The notes under the pieces were generated by a model that saw nothing but the letters and a program-made list of their open reading frames with translations, searched no databases and was not told the DNA's origin. From the NCBI GenBank assembly GCA_001792115.1, contig MGFX01000006.1, positions 82,537 to 146,536 on the forward strand: a DNA stretch of 64,000 bases. The letters are read 5' to 3'. This DNA is from Candidatus Woesebacteria bacterium RBG_16_42_24. Lineage in GTDB: Bacteria; Patescibacteriota; Microgenomatia; UBA8517. A program made the translations under genes and the position numbers. This document shows, piece after piece, positions 39,021-47,587 of the stretch (positions are counted from its first letter, which is position 1; each line of letters opens with the position of its first letter).

Positions 39021-39509
39021 ATGGCAGTAGGCGATGGCGAACCTGGCATGGATAGTGTTACTGGAACCAGCGCAGTACGTGGGGAAAGAGAAACAAGTTC
39101 AAGGGAAAAACCGGATAGAAGAACAGTTCCTATCCAAACTCGATTTACCGAGCGGTTTCTTACCCTCTACCAAAGCGATATGGTGTCGCGTCAGGCAGTA
39201 GACGATTTACTTGGTTTTGCTCAAGAAATAATGGAGACAGATGCCGACTTCAAATTAATAATAGCAGACAGGTTGTCTCGAGACTCCATACGTAGGACAC
39301 ACTTAATATTTAGAGCAAATGGAGATCTCGAACTTCAGTTTAGGACAGAAGTATCTGGCTTCAATCCCCACACCCACGTTGGTATCGTTTTTCCTAATCG
39401 ATTTTTCACAAGGGCCTATAGCATTCCCGACAAGTTTGTAGCCCTTATAGACGACGAGAGAATAATGGAGCTGCGTATTTATCAAAATGGAGACATAAGT
39501 CATAAATGA
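39021..39509 (+). CDS. Hypothetical protein
   Basis: 162 aa; TTGACG-17 nt-TAGAAT ends 6 nt before the ATG. Confidence 0.65.
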   Translation: MAVGDGEPGMDSVTGTSAVRGERETSSREKPDRRTVPIQTRFTERFLTLYQSDMVSRQAVDDLLGFAQEIMETDADFKLIIADRLSRDSIRRTHLIFRANGDLELQFRTEVSGFNPHTHVGIVFPNRFFTRAYSIPDKFVALIDDERIMELRIYQNGDISHK

Positions 39510-39523
39510 ATAACCTCCCGGGT

Positions 39524-40225
39524 TTATTGAAGAAGCCTAGCTAGTTCCACAATCTTATCCAATTCTCCGTTAACTACCGCCTCTAAGTTGTGCCAGGATT
39601 TATTAATTCTATGATCGCTTACGCGATCTTGCGGAAAGTTATAAGTTCTTATTTTCTCGGCTCGCATACCGCGGCCGATGACACTCCTGTAACCAGCTAT
39701 AGTTTTTTCTTTCTCTGCCTCTTTTAACTCCCAAAGTTTGGCACGAAGAAGATCCATTGCGATTTTTCTGTTTTGTTCCTGGAAACGCTCTCTTTGGGCG
39801 GATACCACAATTCCTGTGGGTTTATGAATGAGGCGCACCGCCGTTGAAACCTTTTGCACATTTTGCCCTCCTTGCGATGAGGAGTGGAAAAATTGAATTT
39901 CTAGATCAGATGGATTAATCGTTACTTCGCTCTCTCGTATTTCAGGTAAAACTACCACTGTTGCGGTTGAAGTGTGAATCCTGCCACGCCTTTCGGTAGT
40001 CGGAATTCTTTGGACCCTGTGAACCCCAGATTCGTTTTTAAGCTCATCATAAACCCCGGCCCCTGTAATTTTTATGACATTTACATCAACCGGGAAAACT
40101 TTCCAGCCGCGCCTTCCCGCATATCGCAAATACATTCGAAGTAAATCCGACCCCCAATTCTTGGCCTCATCTCCACCTGTTGCCCCGCGAATTTCTATAT
40201 AAAGCGTTTGAAGCTGATTGTTCAT
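39524..40225 (-). CDS. prfA: Peptide chain release factor 1-like protein, N-terminally truncated
   Basis: EIRGATGGDEA, HRVQRIPTT (PxT), GGQ and IRTYNFPQ motifs; follows rpmE. Confidence 0.85.
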   Translation of the reverse strand: MNNQLQTLYIEIRGATGGDEAKNWGSDLLRMYLRYAGRRGWKVFPVDVNVIKITGAGVYDELKNESGVHRVQRIPTTERRGRIHTSTATVVVLPEIRESEVTINPSDLEIQFFHSSSQGGQNVQKVSTAVRLIHKPTGIVVSAQRERFQEQNRKIAMDLLRAKLWELKEAEKEKTIAGYRSVIGRGMRAEKIRTYNFPQDRVSDHRINKSWHNLEAVVNGELDKIVELARLLQ

Positions 40226-40232
40226 AATATTA

Positions 40233-40316
40233 GTTTCCAGTTTCCAAATTCCAGATTCCAGTTAAATTCTAATTGCTAAATACAAAATTTGATAATTGAT
40301 TGGAAATTGGAAATTA
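40233..40316. repeat. Heptamer array with an inverted half
   Basis: agtttcc/aaattcc/agattcc units, then ttggaaattggaaatt. Confidence 0.7.
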
Positions 40317-40625
40317 TTGCTTGGTTCGAAGGGCCTCAAGTGTATCTGGTCTCTCCATCTCCTCAAGTAGTCTTTTTGCCTTCTTGAGCCTTCTTTTTTC
40401 AGCTTTTGATAAGAAATCCCTCTGAGCACCTGCTTGGCGGGTCTTAAATGCTTCAACTCTTCCGGCTGTATCCACATATTTCATTTGTCCGGTATAGAAT
40501 GGGTGACAGTTGTAGCATACTTCGACCTTAATTTCTGGCACAGTAGCTCCTACGGCAAATGAATTTCCGCAGGCACAGGTTATTTTTGCCTCCGGATACC
40601 AAGTCGGATGTAATTGTACTTTCAC
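40314..40625 (-). CDS. rpmE: 50S ribosomal protein L31 with C-terminal extension
   Basis: CACG, CYNCHPFYTG and DTAGRVE motifs. Confidence 0.95.
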   Translation of the reverse strand: MKVQLHPTWYPEAKITCACGNSFAVGATVPEIKVEVCYNCHPFYTGQMKYVDTAGRVEAFKTRQAGAQRDFLSKAEKRRLKKAKRLLEEMERPDTLEALRTKQ

Positions 40626-40670
40626 AACCTTGAAATTATATCAGAAAAATTTAAACTAGCATAGAATAAT

Positions 40671-40880
40671 ATGCAAGAAAGAGGAGTAAAACGTGGTGGG
40701 CCTGAATTTACTTCAATTGAAGGAGAAGTTTGGTTATACATAATAGAATGGAAAGAAGAGTTCAGAAGCACACCTTCTAGTAGGACCATGGCTAACCATT
40801 TCGGATTATCTCGTAACCAGGTTGATAAAGTTCGTAAGAGTATTCAAAAGAAACTCAACCTGAAACCTGGGTCTGTTTAG
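40671..40880 (+). CDS. Small HTH protein resembling a stand-alone LexA DNA-binding domain
   Basis: EVWLYIIEWKEEFRSTPSSRTMANHFGLS resembles the LexA N-terminal wHTH. Confidence 0.5.
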   Translation: MQERGVKRGGPEFTSIEGEVWLYIIEWKEEFRSTPSSRTMANHFGLSRNQVDKVRKSIQKKLNLKPGSV

Positions 40881-41787
40881 CTATCTTGCTTTTCTTATAT
40901 TCCGCAATAATGACTCCAGCGGCGATTATAACTCCACCTAAGATAAATGTTGGTGTAATTTTTTCTCCAAGCCAGTAAACTGCCAGAGGAGCTGCGAAGA
41001 GGGGATAAAGATAAGAAAAAACGGCCGCTTCTCCTATTTCAATTGTTTTTTGTCCTGCATGTGAGAGTGTATAGGCCAAGCTTCCAGAAAGGAGGGCCAT
41101 ATAAAAAACCCCCAACTGATATGGAAGAGAAAGATTTTGGATGGTCGAAGTAAGACCCCCCGCCCCATACTTGGCAAGGGCAAACGGTAAAAGCGAAACA
41201 AAGCCGATGACAAAGGAGGAATTTGTCATGGTTAAGGGTTTAACCTCTTCTCGAAGAAGTTGCTTAGCCAGAATTGAAGCAATTATTGTTGACATAATAT
41301 AAAAAACTATCAGGATGTTTCCCGAAAGACGAGTTCCATCACCCCCATTTTGGATAATTGGCTCAATAACAATAAAACCCGTTCCCAAAAGGGCAATTCC
41401 CATTCCAATCTTTTCCCTTAAGGTTACATGCTCCTTAAGAATATAAGCACCAGCCGTTGCGATAAGTAAGGGGTTAATAATGGTAATAATCGTTTCGTCC
41501 AAGACCGTAGTTTTTTCAAGTCCGAAAAATAAAAATCCGAGAGAAATCGTGGAAGTAAAAAGTGCAAAGAAAAGAAGTTTTAGTAGAGTTTTAGGACGGT
41601 GGGGTAAATGCAGTCCAAAGATTATAAAAGATAGGACGGCAACGAGGGACGAGAGGCCAAACCTATACGTTAAAAAGGAGAGAGCGTCGATTCCTCCTAA
41701 GGTATATTTGATAATCGGTCCGGCAAAACCCCAAATAACTGTTGCGGCGAGAATTGCTAAATAGGCTCGCAGGCGATAAGGATTCAT
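40855..41787 (-). CDS. DMT/EamA family transporter
   Basis: About 10 TM; IWG, LKEHV and LGEKI motifs. Confidence 0.92.
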   Translation of the reverse strand: MNPYRLRAYLAILAATVIWGFAGPIIKYTLGGIDALSFLTYRFGLSSLVAVLSFIIFGLHLPHRPKTLLKLLFFALFTSTISLGFLFFGLEKTTVLDETIITIINPLLIATAGAYILKEHVTLREKIGMGIALLGTGFIVIEPIIQNGGDGTRLSGNILIVFYIMSTIIASILAKQLLREEVKPLTMTNSSFVIGFVSLLPFALAKYGAGGLTSTIQNLSLPYQLGVFYMALLSGSLAYTLSHAGQKTIEIGEAAVFSYLYPLFAAPLAVYWLGEKITPTFILGGVIIAAGVIIAEYKKSKIAKQTQVSG

Positions 41788-41831
41788 ATTCAAATAGTAG
41801 CACGCAGTATGTAGCAAGTAGAATGGGGGAA

Positions 41832-42701
41832 CTAGAGGAGCTCGACAATTCTGTCGACGCCGAAAGAAAATCCGACGGCGGGGATAGTACGCCCCGCAAA
41901 CATTCCTATTAAATTATCGTAGCGTCCACCTCCACCGATTGACTGATCACTAGGTTTCCCGTTAGGTTTTAGCTCAAATATCGAGCCCGTATAATAATCT
42001 GACCCCCTGGCGAGGGTTGGATCAAAAAAGAAATCAACCTGCTCTTTTAAGCCAAATTTGCTCTCTAGTGCTTCGAAGATTTTATTCAAGTTATCGGTTG
42101 GTTTTACATTATCTACAAAGTCCAAAAGGCGCTTTTCGGTATTCTCTTTGCCGACTTTGTAAATCTTATCGATGGTACGAATATCTTCGATGGAGAGCCC
42201 TTCAAAGTTTTTTCTGTCGTTTATCGCCATCTGGGCATCATTTAGACCGAGTTTTCGAATTGCGATAATTCCCGCGGCAATAATTTTTGCATCCTCTGCG
42301 ATATCCGGGCTTCCCACAGTATCTAAATCAAATTGGGTAGATTCACGGTACCTTCCTTTTTGGGGATTCTCACCCCTAAAAATCTGGCCTATTTGGTAGC
42401 GAGAGAAGGTGGGAGATAGAAGATTAAGATTATTGGCAACAAATCGCGCTAAAGGTACGGTTAAGTCGTATCTGAGGGCTAACTTGCGTCCTCCGCGATC
42501 GGTAAATTCGTAAATCAACTTTTCCTCCTCGCCATATTTTCCCTTAAGAGTATCGGCAAATTCGACAGTGGGGGTTTCTAGGGGAACAAATCCAAAATCT
42601 TCCAAAACCGTGGCGATTTTTCCAATAACCTCTCTCCGCTTTTTGGCTAAGCTCGGTTCTAAATCTCTAAAGCCTTTTGGTGTGAGTGGCCCCTTTTTCA
42701 T
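41832..42701 (-). CDS. Histidine--tRNA ligase-like protein, catalytic domain only
   Basis: PKGFRD, LRYDLTVP, RGENPQKGRYRE, GGGRYD and GFSFGVDR motifs; ends with no anticodon-binding domain. Confidence 0.8.
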   Translation of the reverse strand: MKKGPLTPKGFRDLEPSLAKKRREVIGKIATVLEDFGFVPLETPTVEFADTLKGKYGEEEKLIYEFTDRGGRKLALRYDLTVPLARFVANNLNLLSPTFSRYQIGQIFRGENPQKGRYRESTQFDLDTVGSPDIAEDAKIIAAGIIAIRKLGLNDAQMAINDRKNFEGLSIEDIRTIDKIYKVGKENTEKRLLDFVDNVKPTDNLNKIFEALESKFGLKEQVDFFFDPTLARGSDYYTGSIFELKPNGKPSDQSIGGGGRYDNLIGMFAGRTIPAVGFSFGVDRIVELL

Positions 42702-42749
42702 GATAATTAATGGTATCTTTTCTCCAATAAAAAAACCATAGAGAGGGTC

Positions 42750-43787
42750 TTAAAGACTAGGAAATTCCGCAACAACAACCACTGTCCTTGCAACAAAATT
42801 TGCATCATCTTTTACACCGAGGGCAATAACTTGTTGGTCTTCCTCTAAATCGGCAAAATCAATTTCTTCCTCTTCATCTCCAAGCTGGCTAAATATGGTT
42901 AATTCCTCTGAATTCTTAATCAGAAGCTCGTCAGCGTCGTTAACAGTTTTAAGTGTGAATTCGGCCTTTTTGGGGTCAAGAACCGTACCCAATATCGCTT
43001 CCCTTCCGGAAGTTTCGAACTCGGTGGTTATAAGAATTCTTTTTCCCTCAAGAACCCCGTTTCCGTTGGCAAATCCCATCGCAACAATAAAATCCCCGAT
43101 TGCAAGATCTGCGAACTTCACCTCGGTGCGGGTTTTCGCAATTTTTACAAAGACGGCTTCATCGGGAGAAAGGGAAACCTGGCGAATTTCTCCTTCAAGG
43201 TCTCTTAACTCAATCGTCCCCGCCAATTTATCGGTTACACTACCCATTACAAATTTGGGTACCCTCATTGCTTCATTTACCTTTTCTTGGACTTTTTCTC
43301 TGACTTCATTGGCCTCGGTTGCAGTTTCTTCCTCGGTTTGGGTGGGAGAGGGGATAGAAGCCTCAACCTGCTTAGCAAATTCTGTTGAATAAGCAATAAG
43401 AAGTCTTTTTTCAATGGTTACACCATCAGCGTCAAATGCAGTTATAGTAATTTCATTTACGCCCTCGATAAGCGTGATTTCTTGTTTAAATTCTCCTTCA
43501 ACGTCTGATTTAACGACAAAATCTTCCTCGACACCCGAGATTGCAACAAAAAGTTCAGGTTTTGTTATTCCCGATATCAGGAAGGGGGACTGTGATACCA
43601 CTTCAAAATCGTTTGGTGCAGCCAAAGTGATCCCAAAAGTAGCCTCTTGCGGTTGAGTTTCCTCGCTCGGCTCCTCCGGGGGAGAATCTTTCGAGCGAAG
43701 AGCCAAGTTTGCTCGCCAAACGCCGAATGCTAAGATTAGGCCAAGAGTAACCCCTGCCAATATTGCAAAAAGGACTTCCTTACGCAT
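42750..43787 (-). CDS. Membrane-anchored hypothetical protein with beta-rich domains
   Basis: N-terminal TM MRKEVLFAILAG; acidic; Ig-like segment LIEGVNEITITA. Confidence 0.7.
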   Translation of the reverse strand: MRKEVLFAILAGVTLGLILAFGVWRANLALRSKDSPPEEPSEETQPQEATFGITLAAPNDFEVVSQSPFLISGITKPELFVAISGVEEDFVVKSDVEGEFKQEITLIEGVNEITITAFDADGVTIEKRLLIAYSTEFAKQVEASIPSPTQTEEETATEANEVREKVQEKVNEAMRVPKFVMGSVTDKLAGTIELRDLEGEIRQVSLSPDEAVFVKIAKTRTEVKFADLAIGDFIVAMGFANGNGVLEGKRILITTEFETSGREAILGTVLDPKKAEFTLKTVNDADELLIKNSEELTIFSQLGDEEEEIDFADLEEDQQVIALGVKDDANFVARTVVVVAEFPSL

Positions 43788-43862
43788 GCTTAAGTGTCGA
43801 AGTAGTTTAGGCAAGCCTCCACTTATTGTCAAGTTTGCTTTAGTTTGATAGGATGATGCTCG

Positions 43863-44513
43863 GTGGACATTTCATATCTCGGCCATTCTTCATTCCGGTT
43901 AAAGTCGAAAGACGCAACTACCGTTACTGATCCATTTGACCCCAAAATGGTCGGTCTTAAATATTCTGGAATTGAAGCCGATATTGTTACTATTTCACAT
44001 CTTCACGAAGACCACAGTCGAGCAGACTTGGTTAAGGGGACAAGAAAGATAGTAGACGGGCCGGGTGAGTATGAGATAATGGGCGTTTCAATTATCGGTT
44101 TATCTTCTTTCCATGACGCCAAAAAAGGTGCTGAGCGCGGTCCGAATACAATATTTGTCTTTGAGATAGAGGGCTTACGCCTTGCACACCTGGGGGATTT
44201 GGGACACGCTCTTTCCCAGGAATTAGTTGAGGATATGGGAGGTATAGACATTTTAATGATTCCGGTTGGCGGGTTTTATACAATCGGTCCGGAGGAAGCG
44301 GCAGATGTGGTTCGAGAAATCGAGCCCAAAATTGTTATTCCTATGCATTACCAACTCCCGGGTCTTAATCCCGAAACTTTTTCGAAACTTTCCGGGGTAG
44401 AAGCATTTTTGAAAGAGATGGGACTTCCTGTCGAAAATTTACCCAAACTTTCTATAAAAAAGGAAGAGCCTTCCGAGGGAAGCAAGGTAGTGGTTTTGGA
44501 AGTAAGAGGGTAG
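43863..44513 (+). CDS. MBL-fold metallo-hydrolase
   Basis: LGHSSF, SHLHEDH, HLGD and IPMHY motifs. Confidence 0.93.
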   Translation: MDISYLGHSSFRLKSKDATTVTDPFDPKMVGLKYSGIEADIVTISHLHEDHSRADLVKGTRKIVDGPGEYEIMGVSIIGLSSFHDAKKGAERGPNTIFVFEIEGLRLAHLGDLGHALSQELVEDMGGIDILMIPVGGFYTIGPEEAADVVREIEPKIVIPMHYQLPGLNPETFSKLSGVEAFLKEMGLPVENLPKLSIKKEEPSEGSKVVVLEVRG

Positions 44514-44563
44514 AAAAAGGTCTTCTTTACAACTTGCCCACAAGGTGTTAATTATATTTCACT

Positions 44564-45886
44564 ATGGCAGATAAAAATGTTCGTGTTCCTCCCCATTCTG
44601 CCGAGGGTGAAGAGAGCGTACTTGGTGCACTTCTTTTAGATCGCGACGCGGTAATTGCCGTTGCTCAATTTCTTAAGTCAGAAGATTTTTATGATCCGCG
44701 CCATAGGGAAATCTATGAGTGTGCAATAGCGCTTTTTGAAGAAAGAGTCCCCATAGACGTTTTAACAGTTTCGGAGAGACTTAAAAAAAGAAAAACTCTC
44801 AAGCAAGTAGGTGGAGCAAGTTATCTCGCCGAGCTGGCCAACAAGGTTCCGACTGCAGCCCATGTTGAGCACTACGGAAAAATTGTCAAGGATTCTGCTA
44901 TCAAAAGGGCTTTGATGAGTTCGGCTGGCAGGATTTTGGACCTTTCTATGGATGAAGGGCTAGCGGCTGAAGAGCTCATGGATAAGGCGGAGAGCGAAAT
45001 TTTTGCGCTCACCCAAAGACATCTTGCTCAAACATTTACAGCAATAAGAGAAGCCTTGGCAGAGAGCTTTGATAGACTCGATGAGCTCCATAAGCAGGAG
45101 GAGGGTTTAAGAGGAGTCCCCACAGGATTTAAAGATTTGGACGATACCTTAGCAGGAATGCAGAAATCAAACCTTTTAATCTTGGCGTCGCGCCCCGGTA
45201 TAGGGAAGACTTCTTTGGCTCTTAATATTTCCCAAAATTTGGCAGTTAAATATAAAAGACCGGTCGGATTTTTCTCTCTTGAAATGAGTAAGGAGGAGCT
45301 GGTCGACAGGCTTCTTGTAGCCCAGGCAGATATCGATGCCTGGAGATTAAAGACAGGGAAATTAACAGAAGATGATTTCACCAAGCTTTCAAATGCCATG
45401 GGAGAACTTGCCGAGGCGCCTCTTTATATCGACGATACACCCGCTCTATCAATTCTAGAAATGAGAACCAAAGCAAGACGGCTCCAGGTTGAAGCCGGAA
45501 TAGACCTCTTGGTTGTTGACTATCTTCAGCTTGCAAGAAGTCGCCAGTTGGAAAACAGGGTGCAGGAGGTCTCGGAAATTTCACAGGGATTAAAGAATTT
45601 AGCTCGTGAACTTAAGATTCCGATTTTGGCAATCTCACAGTTATCTAGGGCCGTTGAGCAAAGAGGAGGACAGAAAAAACCCCAACTCGCGGATTTGAGG
45701 GAGTCGGGATCTATAGAGCAGGATGCGGACGTGGTTATGTTTTTGTGGAGGGAAGAAGAAGAAAATACGGAAAATATTAATCTCGACATCGCCAAACACA
45801 GAAACGGCCCCCTAAAAAGCATCCAGCTTTTCTTCAAAGGGGACAGAATTAAGTTCTATGGGCGGGAGACAAAGAGGGAGAAGTAA
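44564..45886 (+). CDS. dnaB: Replicative DNA helicase
   Basis: SRPGIGKT, FSLEMS, VDYLQL and DLRESGSIEQDAD motifs. Confidence 0.98.
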   Translation: MADKNVRVPPHSAEGEESVLGALLLDRDAVIAVAQFLKSEDFYDPRHREIYECAIALFEERVPIDVLTVSERLKKRKTLKQVGGASYLAELANKVPTAAHVEHYGKIVKDSAIKRALMSSAGRILDLSMDEGLAAEELMDKAESEIFALTQRHLAQTFTAIREALAESFDRLDELHKQEEGLRGVPTGFKDLDDTLAGMQKSNLLILASRPGIGKTSLALNISQNLAVKYKRPVGFFSLEMSKEELVDRLLVAQADIDAWRLKTGKLTEDDFTKLSNAMGELAEAPLYIDDTPALSILEMRTKARRLQVEAGIDLLVVDYLQLARSRQLENRVQEVSEISQGLKNLARELKIPILAISQLSRAVEQRGGQKKPQLADLRESGSIEQDADVVMFLWREEEENTENINLDIAKHRNGPLKSIQLFFKGDRIKFYGRETKREK

Positions 45887-45889
45887 TTT

Positions 45890-45942
45890 GTGCCGAGGAG
45901 AGGAGTCCCTCCTCCGCTAAAGCTTCGGACGGGCAAGCGAAC
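45890..45942 (-). pseudogene. tRNA-Leu 3' fragment with a palindrome inserted in the T-loop
   Basis: Plus strand gtgccgaggagaggagtc[cctcctccgctaaagcttcggacgggcaag]cgaac versus tRNA gtgccgagggtgggagtcgaac. Confidence 0.75.
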
Positions 45943-45952
45943 TTTTCTTAAG

Positions 45953-46037
45953 TGCCGAGGGTGGGAGTCGAACCCACATGAGGTATTACCCTCATAGGTT
46001 TTTGAGACCTACGCGTCTGCCATTCCGCCACCTCGGC
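45953..46037 (-). tRNA. tRNA-Leu (CAA)
   Basis: Cloverleaf: acceptor GCCGAGG/CCTCGGC, anticodon loop CTCAAAA, long variable arm, T-loop TTCGACT; CCA not encoded. Confidence 0.95.
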
Positions 46038-46047
46038 ATAAGATATC

Positions 46048-46290
46048 TTAAAACAAATTCAAAAGTGCTTCTTTATTAAACCTCACTTTTAGAAATTTTT
46101 CTAACGATCTTGCTTTTAGTCTATTTTCAACGATTTGTGCAAATACTAGCCTGAACGGCTTATATGCCTTTGTAGATTTAACGCTTCCTGAATTATGCTC
46201 TCTTAATCTAGAATTAAGATCTCCAGTAAAACCCACATAGTTCCAGTTATTGTTGATGCTTTTAATTATGTAAACAAAAACTTCTGCCAT
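46048..46290 (-). CDS. Small GIY-YIG nuclease
   Basis: FVYII..YVGFT, RLREHN and LEKFLK motifs; 80 aa from ATG 46290. Confidence 0.9.
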   Translation of the reverse strand: MAEVFVYIIKSINNNWNYVGFTGDLNSRLREHNSGSVKSTKAYKPFRLVFAQIVENRLKARSLEKFLKVRFNKEALLNLF

Positions 46291-46322
46291 TCCTTGCTTG
46301 CGCAAGCAAGCGCCACCTCGGC
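46283..46322 (-). pseudogene. tRNA-Leu 5' fragment with an 18-bp perfect palindrome inserted
   Basis: Plus strand tctgccattc[cttgcttgcgcaagcaag]cgccacctcggc versus tRNA tctgccattccgccacctcggc. Confidence 0.8.
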
Positions 46323-46334
46323 TAGGCTTCAATT

Positions 46335-46443
46335 ATATCAATATTCAAGAAAACCTCGCAATTCATTGCGGGGATGAATTGAACATTGATATGTCATCCT
46401 TCCTTAGGGGGAACCCCTCACAATTAGTGAGGGGAGGATGTCA
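46335..46443 (+). mobile_element. IS200/IS605-like mini-element, copy 3 (diverged right end)
   Basis: Left hairpin attcaagaaaacctcgcaattcattgcggggatgaattgaac shared with copies 1 and 2; right end cccctcac..gtgaggggaggatgtca. Confidence 0.65.
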
Positions 46444-46473
46444 TAGCATAAATTATGTTAGAATACGCACGCC

Positions 46474-47583
46474 ATGACAGATCCGAGGATAGTTAAACAG
46501 GCCAAAGTTTTGGTCGATTATTCTCTTAAGGTAAAAAAGGGAGATAGAGTTCTCATTCTTTCGGATATTTTAGGCTATCCGCTAGTCAAGGAAATCTATC
46601 GGCTTTTGGTTCGCCGGGGAGCTAAGGAAATTAGACTGCACTTCGACTCCTATGAACTGGAGGAGATTTTTTATAGAGAGGCCAGCAAGGAGACGCTTCG
46701 CACGTTCCCTAAAATTTCCATGGATGAGATGAAGCAAATTGATTGCTGGATTGGTGTCCGCTGCGAGGCAAATACGAGGGGTCTTTCTGGAGTTGATTCG
46801 TCCAGGATGGCTGAAAGATTAAAAGTAGTAAGGCCGATCATTAACTGGAGAGTGGCTAAGACTCGTTGGGTGATAACCAACTTTCCAGTTGATTCGCAGG
46901 CACAGGAAGCCGATATGTCTTTAGCCGAATATGAAGATTTCGTATTCTCGGCAATTAACAATGTTGATTGGGGTAGGCTAAAGTCCAAGCAGGAAAAACT
47001 AAGAAGAATTGTTAATAAGGTCAAAAGGGTTCGGATTCTTTCTAAAAATACAGATTTGGAGTTTAGTATTTCCGGTAGAAAGGCCCTAAATGGTGACGGC
47101 GAAAATAACATGCCCGATGGGGAAGTTTTTACATCGGTCGTTGAGAACTCGACGGAAGGGATAATCACTTTCACCTACCCCGCAATTTATATGGGCAGGG
47201 AGTTCCACGAAGTAAGCCTTACTTTTAAAAAGGGTAGAGTGGTTAAGGCAAGTGCACTTAAAAAAGAGTCAGACCTTAATAAAATATTAGATATGGATAA
47301 AGGAGCAAGGGCTGTTGGGGAGTTTGGAATAGGCAATAATTTCCGGATAACAAAATTTACAAAAGATATCTTATTTGACGAGAAAATTGGGGGAAGTATA
47401 CATTTGGCTTTAGGAAACGGATACACTGAGAGTTTGAGTAAAAATATTTCAGCCCTTCATTGGGATATGATCTGCGATTTAAGAGCGCCCGCCTCCGCTA
47501 AAGCTACGTCGAGGCAAGGCGGCGAGCTTTGGTTTGACGACAAATTAGTTCAAAAAAACGGCAAATGGCTGCTAAAATTGTAA
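46474..47583 (+). CDS. Aminopeptidase (M29 family)
   Basis: NMPDGEVFT, GEFGIG, LFDEKIGGSIHLALG and HWDMI motifs. Confidence 0.94.
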   Translation: MTDPRIVKQAKVLVDYSLKVKKGDRVLILSDILGYPLVKEIYRLLVRRGAKEIRLHFDSYELEEIFYREASKETLRTFPKISMDEMKQIDCWIGVRCEANTRGLSGVDSSRMAERLKVVRPIINWRVAKTRWVITNFPVDSQAQEADMSLAEYEDFVFSAINNVDWGRLKSKQEKLRRIVNKVKRVRILSKNTDLEFSISGRKALNGDGENNMPDGEVFTSVVENSTEGIITFTYPAIYMGREFHEVSLTFKKGRVVKASALKKESDLNKILDMDKGARAVGEFGIGNNFRITKFTKDILFDEKIGGSIHLALGNGYTESLSKNISALHWDMICDLRAPASAKATSRQGGELWFDDKLVQKNGKWLLKL

Positions 47584-47587
47584 AGGA

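Noticed and set aside
45890-45942. Second functional tRNA or intron-containing tRNA
   Set aside because: Only the acceptor 3' strand and part of the T-arm are present, with no anticodon or D arm
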